A stretch of DNA of 64,000 nt from Candidatus Adiutrix intracellularis. GTDB taxonomy: Bacteria; Desulfobacterota; Desulfarculia; Adiutricales; Adiutricaceae. Shown one piece after another: positions 33,425-42,676 of the stretch; within the stretch, counting starts at the first letter, position 1; each line of letters begins with the position of its first letter. The stretch covers positions 3,703 to 67,702 of the forward strand of contig LQAA01000069.1 in the NCBI GenBank assembly GCA_001577715.1, read 5' to 3'. A program made the position numbers and the translations under genes. Below the pieces are notes generated by a model. It saw only the letters and a list, made by a program, of their open reading frames with translations. It was not told the origin of the DNA and ran no database searches.

Positions 33425-34144
33425 CTAGTCGCCCGAAACCATGGTGCCCACCGGTTGACCCAAAAGAGCACGTCTGATATTACCGAACTTGAGGAGATTG
33501 AAGACCAGAAGGGGAATCTTATTTTCCATAGCTAAGGAAAAAGCAGTGGTATCCATAACTTCCAATCGATCGTGGATGGCCCCCATATAGGTCAAAGTGG
33601 AATGAAGAACGGCCCCCGGGTCTTTACGAGGATCGCGATCATAAATGCCGTCGACATTGGTGGCCTTAAGAATGATGTCAGCCCCGATTTCGCTAGCCCT
33701 AAGAACGGCAGCGGTGTCGGTAGTGAAATAGGGGTTACCGGTGCCACTAGCAAAGATGACCACCCGACCCTTTTCCAGGTGACGGATAGCTCGACGGCGG
33801 ATGAAAGGCTCAGTAAACTGATACATGCTGATGGCGCTCTGAACCCGGGTCGCTAACCCCTGGCGTTCCAGAGCGTCCTGCATGGCTAGGGCGTTGATGA
33901 CTGTGGCCAACATACCCATATGGTCGCCGGTAACCCGATTCAGACCCCGCTCGGCCAAAATCTGACCTCTAAAAATATTGCCCCCGCCGATAACCACACC
34001 AATCCGGACTCCACCCAAAGCCACTTCAGCCACCTGAGCGGCGATATTTTCCAAAGTATCGGGGCAGAGGCCGAAACCTCTCTCCCCTTGCAAGGCTTCA
34101 CCGGATAGTTTCAACATGATGGTTTTATATTTATATTCGGTCAT
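33425..34144 (-). CDS. pyrH: UMP kinase
   Basis: LKLSGEAL, GGGNIFRG, DHMGMLAT, GNPYFTTD, DGIYDRDP. Confidence 0.98.
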   Translation of the reverse strand: MTEYKYKTIMLKLSGEALQGERGFGLCPDTLENIAAQVAEVALGGVRIGVVIGGGNIFRGQILAERGLNRVTGDHMGMLATVINALAMQDALERQGLATRVQSAISMYQFTEPFIRRRAIRHLEKGRVVIFASGTGNPYFTTDTAAVLRASEIGADIILKATNVDGIYDRDPRKDPGAVLHSTLTYMGAIHDRLEVMDTTAFSLAMENKIPLLVFNLLKFGNIRRALLGQPVGTMVSGD

Positions 34145-34208
34145 AAACCGCTTCCCATCTTCACATAAACTAACAGCGGCCCTCCGAGGCCGCCATTAAA
34201 GTCGGAGC

Positions 34209-35108
34209 TTATTCAGCCTCGGTAACTGTTTCGCTCGATAGTTCCTCGCCCAGCTGAAAACGGGTAAAAGAGAGAACTTTAGCCCAACCTACAACCCCAA
34301 CAGAACTCTTCAATAGGGCCGAGACCGAAGTTTTACCCGTGGCGTCACGAACGTAAGGTTGTTCCAGCAAAGCCACCTCGGTATAAAATTTCTGAATCTG
34401 ACCCTGCATGATTTTGTCCCACATGTTTTCCGGTTTGCCGCTCTCAGCTAGTTTAGCCCGAAAAATATCCTTTTCCCGTTCTAAAAGATCGAAAGGTATC
34501 TCTCCAACAGTGCAGGCCACCGGATTGGCCGCCGCGATATGCATGGCTAGGTTGTGAGCCAAGTCAAAAGCGTCCGGACCCATTTTTTCAACCGCCACTT
34601 CCACCAGCACCCCCAAACGCCCAGGACCGTGGATATAAGTATGGAAAAAAGCTCCGGCTGAGGCTTCGCGCGCAATAAAACGACGAAGATTAATATTTTC
34701 ACCGATAGTACCAACCAAAGCCTTCATAGCCTCATCCACCACACCACCAACCGGTAACGGAGCGGCCAAGAGAGTCATCAAATCGACAGGAATAGGAATA
34801 GCCAGCAACAGACCCAGAATATCGGCGGCCAGTTTCTGAAAACCTTCGTTTTTAGCCACAAAATCAGTTTCACAGTTTAGTTCCAGAAGGGCGGCTTTTT
34901 GATAATCGCCGCTCGTTCCGGCCACAATCAAGCCCTCACGGGTAATCCGACCAGCCCGTTTACGAGCAATCATCAAGCCTTTCTGGCGCAGCCAATCCAC
35001 AGCTTTTTCTAAATTACCCTCACACTCACCCAAAGCTTTTTTACAATCCATCATACCGGAATTAGTTTTATCCCGTAATTCTTTAACCATTTTAGCAGTT
35101 ATTTCCAT
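34209..35108 (-). CDS. tsf: Elongation factor Ts
   Basis: VKELRDKT.GMMDCKKAL, ELNCETDFV, IGENI, AMHIAA, RFQLGE. Confidence 0.98.
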   Translation of the reverse strand: MEITAKMVKELRDKTNSGMMDCKKALGECEGNLEKAVDWLRQKGLMIARKRAGRITREGLIVAGTSGDYQKAALLELNCETDFVAKNEGFQKLAADILGLLLAIPIPVDLMTLLAAPLPVGGVVDEAMKALVGTIGENINLRRFIAREASAGAFFHTYIHGPGRLGVLVEVAVEKMGPDAFDLAHNLAMHIAAANPVACTVGEIPFDLLEREKDIFRAKLAESGKPENMWDKIMQGQIQKFYTEVALLEQPYVRDATGKTSVSALLKSSVGVVGWAKVLSFTRFQLGEELSSETVTEAE

Positions 35109-35123
35109 AATGTCGCTTCCTCA

Positions 35124-35939
35124 TCAAACCAATTCGGTTGGGGTGTCTACAGCTTCCGGTTCGACAAAGCCGGTTTTTTCACCCGCTCTAGCTTCAGCGG
35201 CTTCAAAAACACTCTCAGCTTCCGTCGTGGTGGAACTTCCCCGAGCCATTTCTTCCCAACGGGTCCGACCCTCTAAACAAGCGTCAGCCATCTTGGAAGT
35301 CATGAGCTTGATAGCCCGAATGGCATCGTCGTTACCGGGAATAATATAATCAACCTCATCAGGGTCGCAATTGGTGTCCACCACAGCTACCACTGGAATT
35401 CCCAGGCGGCGTGCCTCAGCAGTGGCGATGCTTTCCCGACGGGGATCGATAACAAAAATAGCCCCCGGCAAGCGATCCATGTCTTTGATGCCACCCAAAT
35501 TGGCCTTAAGCTTAATCATTTGGTGTTCAAAACCGATGATCTCTTTTTTATGGTAAAGATTAATAGTGCCGTCAGCCTTCATTTTTTCCAGTTTTTTAAG
35601 ACGGTCAATGCTTTTTTTAATAGTTACGAAGTTAGTCAAGGTACCACCTAGCCAGCGGGAACTAATGTGGAACATGCCGGCCCGGTTAGCCTCATCGCTG
35701 ATAGCATCGGCCGCCTGTTTCTTAGTACCGACAAAAAGAACGCTGCGCCCCTGGGCCACAGTGTCAGCCAAAAAGCTGTAAGCGGTCTTGAAGAGATGAA
35801 CCGTTTTTTGTAAATCTATAATATAAATGCTGTTTCTGGCCCCAAAAATATAGGGTTTCATTTTAGGGTTCCAACGACGGGTCTGGTGACCGAAGTGGAC
35901 GCCGGCTTCCAACAATTGTTTCATGCTAATCTGAGACAT
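35124..35939 (-). CDS. rpsB: 30S ribosomal protein S2
   Basis: [36 protein letters not shown]. Confidence 0.98.
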   Translation of the reverse strand: MSQISMKQLLEAGVHFGHQTRRWNPKMKPYIFGARNSIYIIDLQKTVHLFKTAYSFLADTVAQGRSVLFVGTKKQAADAISDEANRAGMFHISSRWLGGTLTNFVTIKKSIDRLKKLEKMKADGTINLYHKKEIIGFEHQMIKLKANLGGIKDMDRLPGAIFVIDPRRESIATAEARRLGIPVVAVVDTNCDPDEVDYIIPGNDDAIRAIKLMTSKMADACLEGRTRWEEMARGSSTTTEAESVFEAAEARAGEKTGFVEPEAVDTPTELV

Positions 35940-35959
35940 CAATTCGCCTTTCTTCTAGT

Positions 35960-36047
35960 ATGGTTTAGCCTCCGCCGACCGCTTTTAATGTTCCTTCCAC
36001 CGGGAACCCCAGCACCTTAGGAACGCGGGTTCAACCCGGCGTGCGAT
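35960..36047 (-). ncRNA. rpsB 5' leader (S2 autoregulatory / t44-like RNA)
   Basis: CGCACGCCGG...CGGCGGAGGCTAAACC closing helix and conserved tail, upstream of rpsB. Confidence 0.65.
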
Positions 36048-36060
36048 TTGAAATTTTTTA

Positions 36061-36089
36061 TTATTATCACAACTGAAAGTATCTGGCAA
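36061..36089 (-). promoter_or_regulatory. sigma70 promoter of rpsB-tsf
   Basis: TTGCCA, 17 bp, TAATAA; lies just upstream of the leader RNA. Confidence 0.65.
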
Positions 36090-36106
36090 GATCTAGTTCT
36101 AGCTTT

Positions 36107-37053
36107 CAGTAACTCTCATTTTAGCATATTTTGTATTGAGCCTATCACAATATACTTTAACTTATGTTAATATATATTTAAAAGGTATTTAGAAAAATGG
36201 AATAACACTAATCAAAAAATACTTACCCCAATTTTGCGAAAAATAACTTAATGAGGTGACAACTGTTGTAAAACGCCGTTACTATACCTTATATATTCTG
36301 ATCAAGACTAACCATCTAATGGTTGGCAGGTCAAAAGTAAGAGCCTCTGTTTAAAAGCAGACCTCTCAAAACGATAGACTAACCATAATTATACCGAAAT
36401 ACTGAAAGTGAACCACTTACAATTTTAGATGTTTCCCTATGAATAGCGCACAGACTATTTCGCAAACTAAATATTTCTATTGCCTAGCATTGTCAGTATC
36501 TTTAATTACAACTAAAAGGTTTATAAGCTCTTAGAAAAGTTTGAACAGTTACTCAAGTCAAAGCTAATTAATAACCCTGTTCTAAATAATAATGCAGATG
36601 AACCCTCATATAGAATATAGCTACCAAAAAAGTCTAGCTATATCTGACCTCAGCGCCTCTCTACATCAGGTATTCCTTACACCAAAATATAGTCTTGAAA
36701 TAATGACCGAAATAAGCACACTACCTAAATAGTCAGGACTATTCCTATCATGGTCACTAGAAATTTTACTATACTTATATCGAAAATCTCCATGTTCTCT
36801 AAAACGCACCCCATTTAAAAAAACATACTACCGCTAAAAAAGACGCTAGCTAAAGTTAGGCAGGGAAAATAATTTCACTACTCAAATATCTGAATAATAA
36901 ATTGAAACCGCCGATAGTCATCTGATCAACATATATCACATCTTCACCTCCTAGAGTACACTCCCCAAGACTATCATACTAGGCGTTCCCCCAACGTAAA
37001 TATACTAAGTTAGCCTTCATTTTCATCATGTAACTCTAAAATAAGAAATATCA
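36107..37053 (+). mobile_element. ISNCY-type relic B: both ends kept, interior replaced by an IS66 fragment
   Basis: Left IR CAGTAACTCTCATTTTAG, right IR CTAAAATAAGAAATATCA. 36905-37053 is homologous to 24030-24171 and 49570-49704. Confidence 0.75.
36330..36880 (+). pseudogene. IS66-family TnpC fragment (different subgroup from the 7 kb and 55 kb copies)
   Basis: LQF*MFPYE*RTDYFAN*IFL.SIVSIFNYN*KVYKLLEKFEQLLKSKLINNPVLN..ADE.SY matches YQLIPYxR..F.D...S.G.IFN.N...Y..LE.FE...K..L....L.ADET. Confidence 0.65.
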
Positions 37054-37070
37054 CTAATTACAGAGTAGTC

Positions 37071-37099
37071 TTGCCTTTTAAGCTTAGACGTGTTATTAT
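37071..37099 (+). promoter_or_regulatory. sigma70 promoter of rpsF-rpsR-rplI
   Basis: TTGCCT, 17 bp, TATTAT with extended TG. Confidence 0.65.
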
Positions 37100-37190
37100 A
37101 ATACTTTCTAATTTAGAATTTTAGAGGCGCGACAGCCCTCGGCCATCCTCGCCCCACCATCGACGGGGCCGAAGTCCATGAGGAGATAAC

Positions 37191-37652
37191 ATGTATTCCA
37201 GAAGGTATGAAACATTAATCCTGCTGGCCCCTAACCTAGAGGCCACTAAATTGGAAACCTTTAAAAATAAGGTTGAAGGTATTTTTAGTGCCGGCGAAGG
37301 CCAGATCGTTCGCTTTGAAGACTGGGGGCGCCGTCGCCTAGCTTACCCAATCAAGAAAGAACTATTCGGTTATTATCTACTTTATGATTTTCAGGGTCGC
37401 CCGAAATTAGCCACCGAGCTGGAACGAAACCTAAAAATTGATGAAACAGTTTTTAAGTATCTGACCCTAGTGTTAAGTAAAAACTTCACTAATAATGATT
37501 TACTTAAAGCTAAGGAAAAGCTACTGATTGAGGCGGCCCATCGCGAAGCAGAAAAAGTCCAGCGCGAAGTGGCAGAAGGCGGAAACGAAAGCGAAAATGA
37601 AGTTGAAGGCGATATCGAAACTAAAGCCGAAACTTTCGATGATGAAGAGTAG
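37191..37652 (+). CDS. rpsF: 30S ribosomal protein S6
   Basis: RRYETL, EDWGRRRLAYPIKK, acidic tail; GAGGAG RBS. Confidence 0.97.
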   Translation: MYSRRYETLILLAPNLEATKLETFKNKVEGIFSAGEGQIVRFEDWGRRRLAYPIKKELFGYYLLYDFQGRPKLATELERNLKIDETVFKYLTLVLSKNFTNNDLLKAKEKLLIEAAHREAEKVQREVAEGGNESENEVEGDIETKAETFDDEE

Positions 37653-37666
37653 AAAGGAAATAAGCT

Positions 37667-37957
37667 ATGTACGATAATGCCGATGATAAAAATCCCCGCC
37701 ACGCTAGAAACAAAAAAAGAATTTTTCATCGCCGTAAGGTCTGCCGTTTTTGCGTTGACCATATTAATGACATCGACTATAAAGATTCCCGTACCCTTCG
37801 CAATTTTGTTACCGAACGGGGCAAAATAGTTCCCCGTCGTATTAGCGGCAACTGCGCTAAGCATCAACGCCTTTTAACTCAAACTATCATGCGAGCCCGT
37901 TTTATGGCACTATTGCCCTATACGGCCATGGTACCGTCCTCCAGCGGCCCATACTAG
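37667..37957 (+). CDS. rpsR: 30S ribosomal protein S18
   Basis: [34 protein letters not shown]. Confidence 0.98.
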   Translation: MYDNADDKNPRHARNKKRIFHRRKVCRFCVDHINDIDYKDSRTLRNFVTERGKIVPRRISGNCAKHQRLLTQTIMRARFMALLPYTAMVPSSSGPY

Positions 37958-37965
37958 GAGGCACT

Positions 37966-38436
37966 ATGAAAATAATTCTTGTTAAAGATGCCGATAATTT
38001 AGGTTTGGCCGGTCAGGTTCTGAATGTGGCTGCAGGCTATGCCCGTAATTTTTTGCTGCCCACTGGCGTTGCATTATCTGCTACCGATAGCAACCTTAAA
38101 ATGTTAGCTAGAAAACGGACTGAGTTCGAGGCCAGAGCCGTGGCCGAAAAAAATCAGGCTCTGGATCTGAAAAATAAACTGGCCGAAATCCGTCTGATCT
38201 TTAATCGCAAGGCTGGAGAAAAGGGTAAGCTTTACGGGGCCGTTACAGCTATGGATATAAGTGACGCCCTCAAAACCAAAGGCTATAACTTGGATCGTCG
38301 GCGTTTAAAACTAACTGAGCCTTTCAAGACCGTAGGTGATTACGAAGTTTCTCTGAGGCTTCACCCTGAGGTAACAGGTTCATTTAAAATTTCAGTGCTG
38401 CCTGAAGATAGGTTGGGACCAGGCGGAACTATCTGA
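37966..38436 (+). CDS. rplI: 50S ribosomal protein L9
   Basis: MKIIL..NLG.AG..V..GYARNFLLP, GKLYGAVT, LHPEV. Confidence 0.97.
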   Translation: MKIILVKDADNLGLAGQVLNVAAGYARNFLLPTGVALSATDSNLKMLARKRTEFEARAVAEKNQALDLKNKLAEIRLIFNRKAGEKGKLYGAVTAMDISDALKTKGYNLDRRRLKLTEPFKTVGDYEVSLRLHPEVTGSFKISVLPEDRLGPGGTI

Positions 38437-38474
38437 TTTCACTTCGTCTTCGTGATGAGGATTTATTATCCGAC

Positions 38475-38507
38475 CCGGCCTGAAAAAAAATCAGGCCGGT
38501 CTTTTTT
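38475..38507 (+). terminator. Intrinsic terminator between rplI and dnaB
   Basis: CCGGCCTGA/TCAGGCCGG stem followed by TCTTTTTT. Confidence 0.8.
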
Positions 38508-38542
38508 CTATCCCACCGGCTCTCAGCCAAGAATAATTCACT

Positions 38543-39949
38543 ATGCCCAATGAGCATAATAATATTTTAGGCGATCAGACCCCCTCCAGCCTGGAAGCGG
38601 AAGAAGCCCTTTTGGGAGCCATCCTGCTTGATTCCCCCATCGCCTTACCCACCGCTCTGGAAACTGGTCTCAAAGAAGACGATTTTTTCAAAAAAGCCCA
38701 TGCCGAAATATTCAACGTTTTTATTCAACTTGATAAAGAAAACCAACCGGTGGATCAAGTAACTGTAGGGGAGGCTCTTAAAGGGCGGGGGGCTCTGGAA
38801 AGGTGCGGTGGGCCAACTTTCCTAGCAAAGCTCTACGACGGTTCGGGTATCGCCGCTCATGTGGCCCGTTACGCCCGCATCATAATTGACCGAGCCATTC
38901 TCCGGCGTCTGATTAGCATCTCGACTTCCATCTCCGAATCCTGCCATGGATCCCCTCCCAATGTGGATGAGTTACTAGATCGAGCCGAGATAGCTATTTT
39001 AGAGGTCAGGTCAAATCGTAGCAATTCCAGCGGTTTTTCAAGTGTTTCAAGTGAGATGGAGCGCACTTTTACATCTTTAATGGATCTCAGAATAAAAAAT
39101 AAAGATGGCCAAGGTCTTACCGGCATCTCTTCCGGATTTAAGGATTTAGATGAACTGACCGGCGGGTTTCAGCCTTCCGATCTCATAATTCTGGCCGGCC
39201 GGCCAGGCATGGGTAAAACCGCTATGGGTCTGAATCTAGCTTTAAATGCGGCCATTCCTAACCAGAGACAATTTTACCGCCAACTCCCCGCCGTATCCGT
39301 GGCTATCTTCAGCCTGGAGATGGGCCGCGACCAACTTCTCCAACGCCTCATCTGTCAAGTGGGTGGTTTTAATTTGAAAAAATTGCGTACCGGCGATATT
39401 CAAAACGACGACATCCCCCGCCTAACCGGAGCCATCAGCTATCTGGAAAAAGCCCAGATTTTCATCGATGATACCGCTGCCATCTCAGTCATGGAACTCC
39501 GAGCCAAGGCTCGCCGGCTTAAAACTAATCTTATGAAAAAAGGTTCCGATTTGAGCCTAATCATGGTTGATTATCTCCAGCTCATGCGTAGTAGTGACCG
39601 CGCCGACAACCGAGAACAAGAGATCAGCGAAATAAGCCGCTCCCTTAAAGGTCTAGCTAAAGAACTGAAACTACCCATTCTAGCCCTTTCTCAGTTGAAT
39701 CGCCGAATAGAAGAGCGCACAGATAAAAAACCCCAACTCTCTGATCTACGCGAATCCGGGGCCATAGAACAGGACGCCGACCTCATCACTTTCATCTTCC
39801 GCCCCGGTTTATACAAAAAAGATGACGAAACTCTCCGCGGCCAAGCTGAACTCACCATCGGCAAACATCGCAACGGACCTACCGGAAAGATAGACCTCTA
39901 CTTCAAAGAAGAATTTTCCACTTTCCAACCGGTGGACAAAAAGTCGTAA
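38543..39949 (+). CDS. dnaB: Replicative DNA helicase
   Basis: AGRPGMGKT, FSLEM, VDYLQLM, LSQLNR, DLRESGAIEQDAD, KHRNGPTG; no intein. Confidence 0.98.
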   Translation: MPNEHNNILGDQTPSSLEAEEALLGAILLDSPIALPTALETGLKEDDFFKKAHAEIFNVFIQLDKENQPVDQVTVGEALKGRGALERCGGPTFLAKLYDGSGIAAHVARYARIIIDRAILRRLISISTSISESCHGSPPNVDELLDRAEIAILEVRSNRSNSSGFSSVSSEMERTFTSLMDLRIKNKDGQGLTGISSGFKDLDELTGGFQPSDLIILAGRPGMGKTAMGLNLALNAAIPNQRQFYRQLPAVSVAIFSLEMGRDQLLQRLICQVGGFNLKKLRTGDIQNDDIPRLTGAISYLEKAQIFIDDTAAISVMELRAKARRLKTNLMKKGSDLSLIMVDYLQLMRSSDRADNREQEISEISRSLKGLAKELKLPILALSQLNRRIEERTDKKPQLSDLRESGAIEQDADLITFIFRPGLYKKDDETLRGQAELTIGKHRNGPTGKIDLYFKEEFSTFQPVDKKS

Positions 39950-39955
39950 CCTCGA

Positions 39956-41641
39956 TTAACGGCTTCGTTGTAGTTCGCCAGCAGCCCAGACGGCTAGCTG
40001 TTCTCGATTAATCTTAGCGTTATGGCGCACATCCACCGGTAAAGCCCGGTGCTTAAGGAAAGTATTTATACTAAGTGTGTGGGGGTTAGCTTTAGCCAAA
40101 GCCGCTAGTTCGGTGGTAAGGGCTACCCAGTCCCTGGGCCGAAAAGCCAGGTTAGGTTCAATAATGATGATAGGCTTTTGGTGCCCAGATGGGCCCACAC
40201 CCACTAGAGCCGAACGCCGAACCTGGAAGTGGTTATTGAAGATTATCTCGCAGGGAATGCTAAACAGGATACCCTGCCCAGTAACAACCCGATGGGCTTT
40301 CCGGCCACAGAACCACAGGCGACCAACGTCGTCAATCCAGCCGACATCACCCATGCGCCGCCAGAACTTGCCTTCTTCTGACTCCATTCCAGCCCCAGCC
40401 GCCGGAATAATGGAACAAGCCGTATCCTGAGGCCGGTTAAAATAACTTCGACTGACCATTGGACCCTGGACTATAATTTCACCAATTTCACCATTGGGCA
40501 GTTTTAAAGCCTCGGTAAAGCAGCTAATGGGCTCGTCACTTATTTTAATGACGGCCAATTTAACGCCAGCCAGAGGGCGACCTACGCATATACCGAAGCC
40601 CTGTTCAGTCATAAGTTTAGTTTCGTTTAAAATTTCTATAGCATCAATACACGACAAAGGTACGCCCTCGGTGGCGCCATATGGAGTTAAAAGTTTGGCT
40701 CCCGGGCTCATCAAAGCGGTAAAGGCGGCCACGGCTTGCGGAGAAACTGGGGCTCCGGCAGAAATAACCAGTTTCAAAGTTGGCAACACCAGACGGTGCT
40801 CGTGACCGAAGTCAGCCAGTTTGCCCAGAAGAGTGGGTGAAGCAAAGAGGCTGGTCACCTGGTGCCGGATAATAGGTTCAACCAACTGCCTAGGGTCGGC
40901 CCGACTGGGACGACTAGGATCAAAACCCGGAATAACTGAGGTTAGGCCCAGGACCGAGGCAAAAAGACCAAAAGGGGGAAAGGTTGCCAAATCCACCCCC
41001 CCTTCAGCCAAATCAAACCCTTGGCTGATAGCTTCAACCTGGGCCGCGAACATGGCATGGGTATAGATAACTCCCTTAGCCGGACCGGTAGAACCGGAAG
41101 TAAAGAGAATCGCCGCAGGTTGATCCGGACAAGGGGGTACTGGTATTAATTTTCCGGTTTGATCGGGACTGAGCTGTTTCAGTATTTCCGCTAAAGTTGA
41201 CCCTCCCCAACCCCACTTGCGGCCAACAGTCACCCGCATTTTTAGACCCTGAGAAATTTTCGGGATAAAAAAACTCAAAAGATGAGCCCGAGTGAGACCT
41301 GCCAAGCCTGAAGGCTGAATCTCAGCCAAGCAACGCAGCGTCATTTTTAAACCCATGCCGGGATCTACCAGCACTAAGGGCAACCCGGCCTTAAACAAAC
41401 CGAACACTATGATGACAAAATCAATCCCCGGCTTGGTCATAACCAGAACACGAGAGCCGGGCAAAAAACCGGAACTAATTAAATGGATGGCCAGACGGGA
41501 AGAGCCTTCATCCAATTCCCGAAAACTAACTTTGATACGGCCCAAAACGTCCGGCTGGTTTTCAGCGATGATTGCCAGTTTATCCGGCCATTTCTGAGCA
41601 GCTTCCACCAGCTTCTCGGCAATATTAAAACTTGGATTCAT
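39956..41641 (-). CDS. oleC: OleC-type olefin beta-lactone synthetase (AMP-forming ligase)
   Basis: FTSGSTGPAKG, TPYGATE, RMGDVG, WFCGRKAHRV and the OleC-type C-terminal PVDVRHNAKI. Start at ATG 41641 overlaps the oleB stop (TAATG). Confidence 0.8.
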   Translation of the reverse strand: MNPSFNIAEKLVEAAQKWPDKLAIIAENQPDVLGRIKVSFRELDEGSSRLAIHLISSGFLPGSRVLVMTKPGIDFVIIVFGLFKAGLPLVLVDPGMGLKMTLRCLAEIQPSGLAGLTRAHLLSFFIPKISQGLKMRVTVGRKWGWGGSTLAEILKQLSPDQTGKLIPVPPCPDQPAAILFTSGSTGPAKGVIYTHAMFAAQVEAISQGFDLAEGGVDLATFPPFGLFASVLGLTSVIPGFDPSRPSRADPRQLVEPIIRHQVTSLFASPTLLGKLADFGHEHRLVLPTLKLVISAGAPVSPQAVAAFTALMSPGAKLLTPYGATEGVPLSCIDAIEILNETKLMTEQGFGICVGRPLAGVKLAVIKISDEPISCFTEALKLPNGEIGEIIVQGPMVSRSYFNRPQDTACSIIPAAGAGMESEEGKFWRRMGDVGWIDDVGRLWFCGRKAHRVVTGQGILFSIPCEIIFNNHFQVRRSALVGVGPSGHQKPIIIIEPNLAFRPRDWVALTTELAALAKANPHTLSINTFLKHRALPVDVRHNAKINREQLAVWAAGELQRSR

Positions 41642-42573
41642 TAAGTTAATCCGCCCAGAAAATTTTCCACAAAAGCAAAAGCGCGTTCCGGTTCGTCTTC
41701 TAAAAGATAGTGACCAGCCTCGGGCAGAATTAAAGTCTGAGCCTGGGGCAACCGTTCGCACCAATCAAAAAAAATCTGGCGATTAAAAACAAAATCCTGA
41801 AGACCCCACAAGAGGGCCAAAGGCTTATGGCTCAAAGCAATTGTGAAATTACAGTCGATTTGCCGCAAGCACTCGAAACTAGGGTGAGTGGTAGTCAAGG
41901 GAATATCTTCAATGAAGCGGGCTAAGGCTAAGCGATCTTTTGCTTGTGCGTAAGGAGCCAAGAAGCCGTGCCGAACAGCAGCGGTCAACCCCTTAACTGA
42001 GCCGAAGGCCGCTGTACCTCGGGCGAAATAGTTACAAGATTGGGCCACCAACCAATCGCCCAACAGGGCTAAGTATTTAAATAAGGCCAGCCTGAAAGGC
42101 AGACGATAACAGCTGGGAAATCGGAGCCCGGTGTTCAAAAGAGTGATTGAGGCTACCCGGTCCGGATTTTCCCCAGCCCAAGCCAGAGCGATAGGTCCGC
42201 CCCAATCGTGAACAATCAAATGAACCGGAGTTGAGAGCTGCCAATGATCCATAAGTAAGCCAAAATCACGGGCCCGGTCGACGAGGCGGAAGCCGTATTC
42301 AGTAGCCGTCGGCCGCGAAGAAAGACCCATCCCCAGATGATCCGGAGCCAAACAACGATAAGCGGGGGTTAGGCGCGCTATTAGCCGGCGATAGAAAAAT
42401 GACCAGGTAGGGTTGCCGTGAATTAAAACTACTGGTGGTCCAGCACCTTCATCCACATAATGAAGCTCCAAGCCATCCGGCCTGGGGTAATAATGAGACG
42501 CAAAGGGATATTCGGACAACTCAGGAGGCGGGGGGCGGTGACTACCCCCCGGACGCACCGATTTTTCATTCAT
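41641..42573 (-). CDS. oleB: OleB-type alpha/beta hydrolase (haloalkane-dehalogenase-like beta-lactone decarboxylase)
   Basis: HGNPTWSFFYR, APDHLGMGLS, VHDWGG nucleophile, WG..DFVF, AGHYLLED; directly upstream of oleC. Confidence 0.8.
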   Translation of the reverse strand: MNEKSVRPGGSHRPPPPELSEYPFASHYYPRPDGLELHYVDEGAGPPVVLIHGNPTWSFFYRRLIARLTPAYRCLAPDHLGMGLSSRPTATEYGFRLVDRARDFGLLMDHWQLSTPVHLIVHDWGGPIALAWAGENPDRVASITLLNTGLRFPSCYRLPFRLALFKYLALLGDWLVAQSCNYFARGTAAFGSVKGLTAAVRHGFLAPYAQAKDRLALARFIEDIPLTTTHPSFECLRQIDCNFTIALSHKPLALLWGLQDFVFNRQIFFDWCERLPQAQTLILPEAGHYLLEDEPERAFAFVENFLGGLT

Positions 42574-42676
42574 ACTTATCCACCTGTCTATTTTTTGACA
42601 CTCAACGTAATTGAAACTCCACTATATTACTTCTTTACATTATAAAGAACCCCCCGAAAATGCAAAGAACCTCGGT

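Noticed and set aside
34176-34193. GCGGCC hairpin between tsf and pyrH as a terminator
   Set aside because: The stem is good but the U-tract is poor. It may be a processing or stability hairpin, so it is not called.
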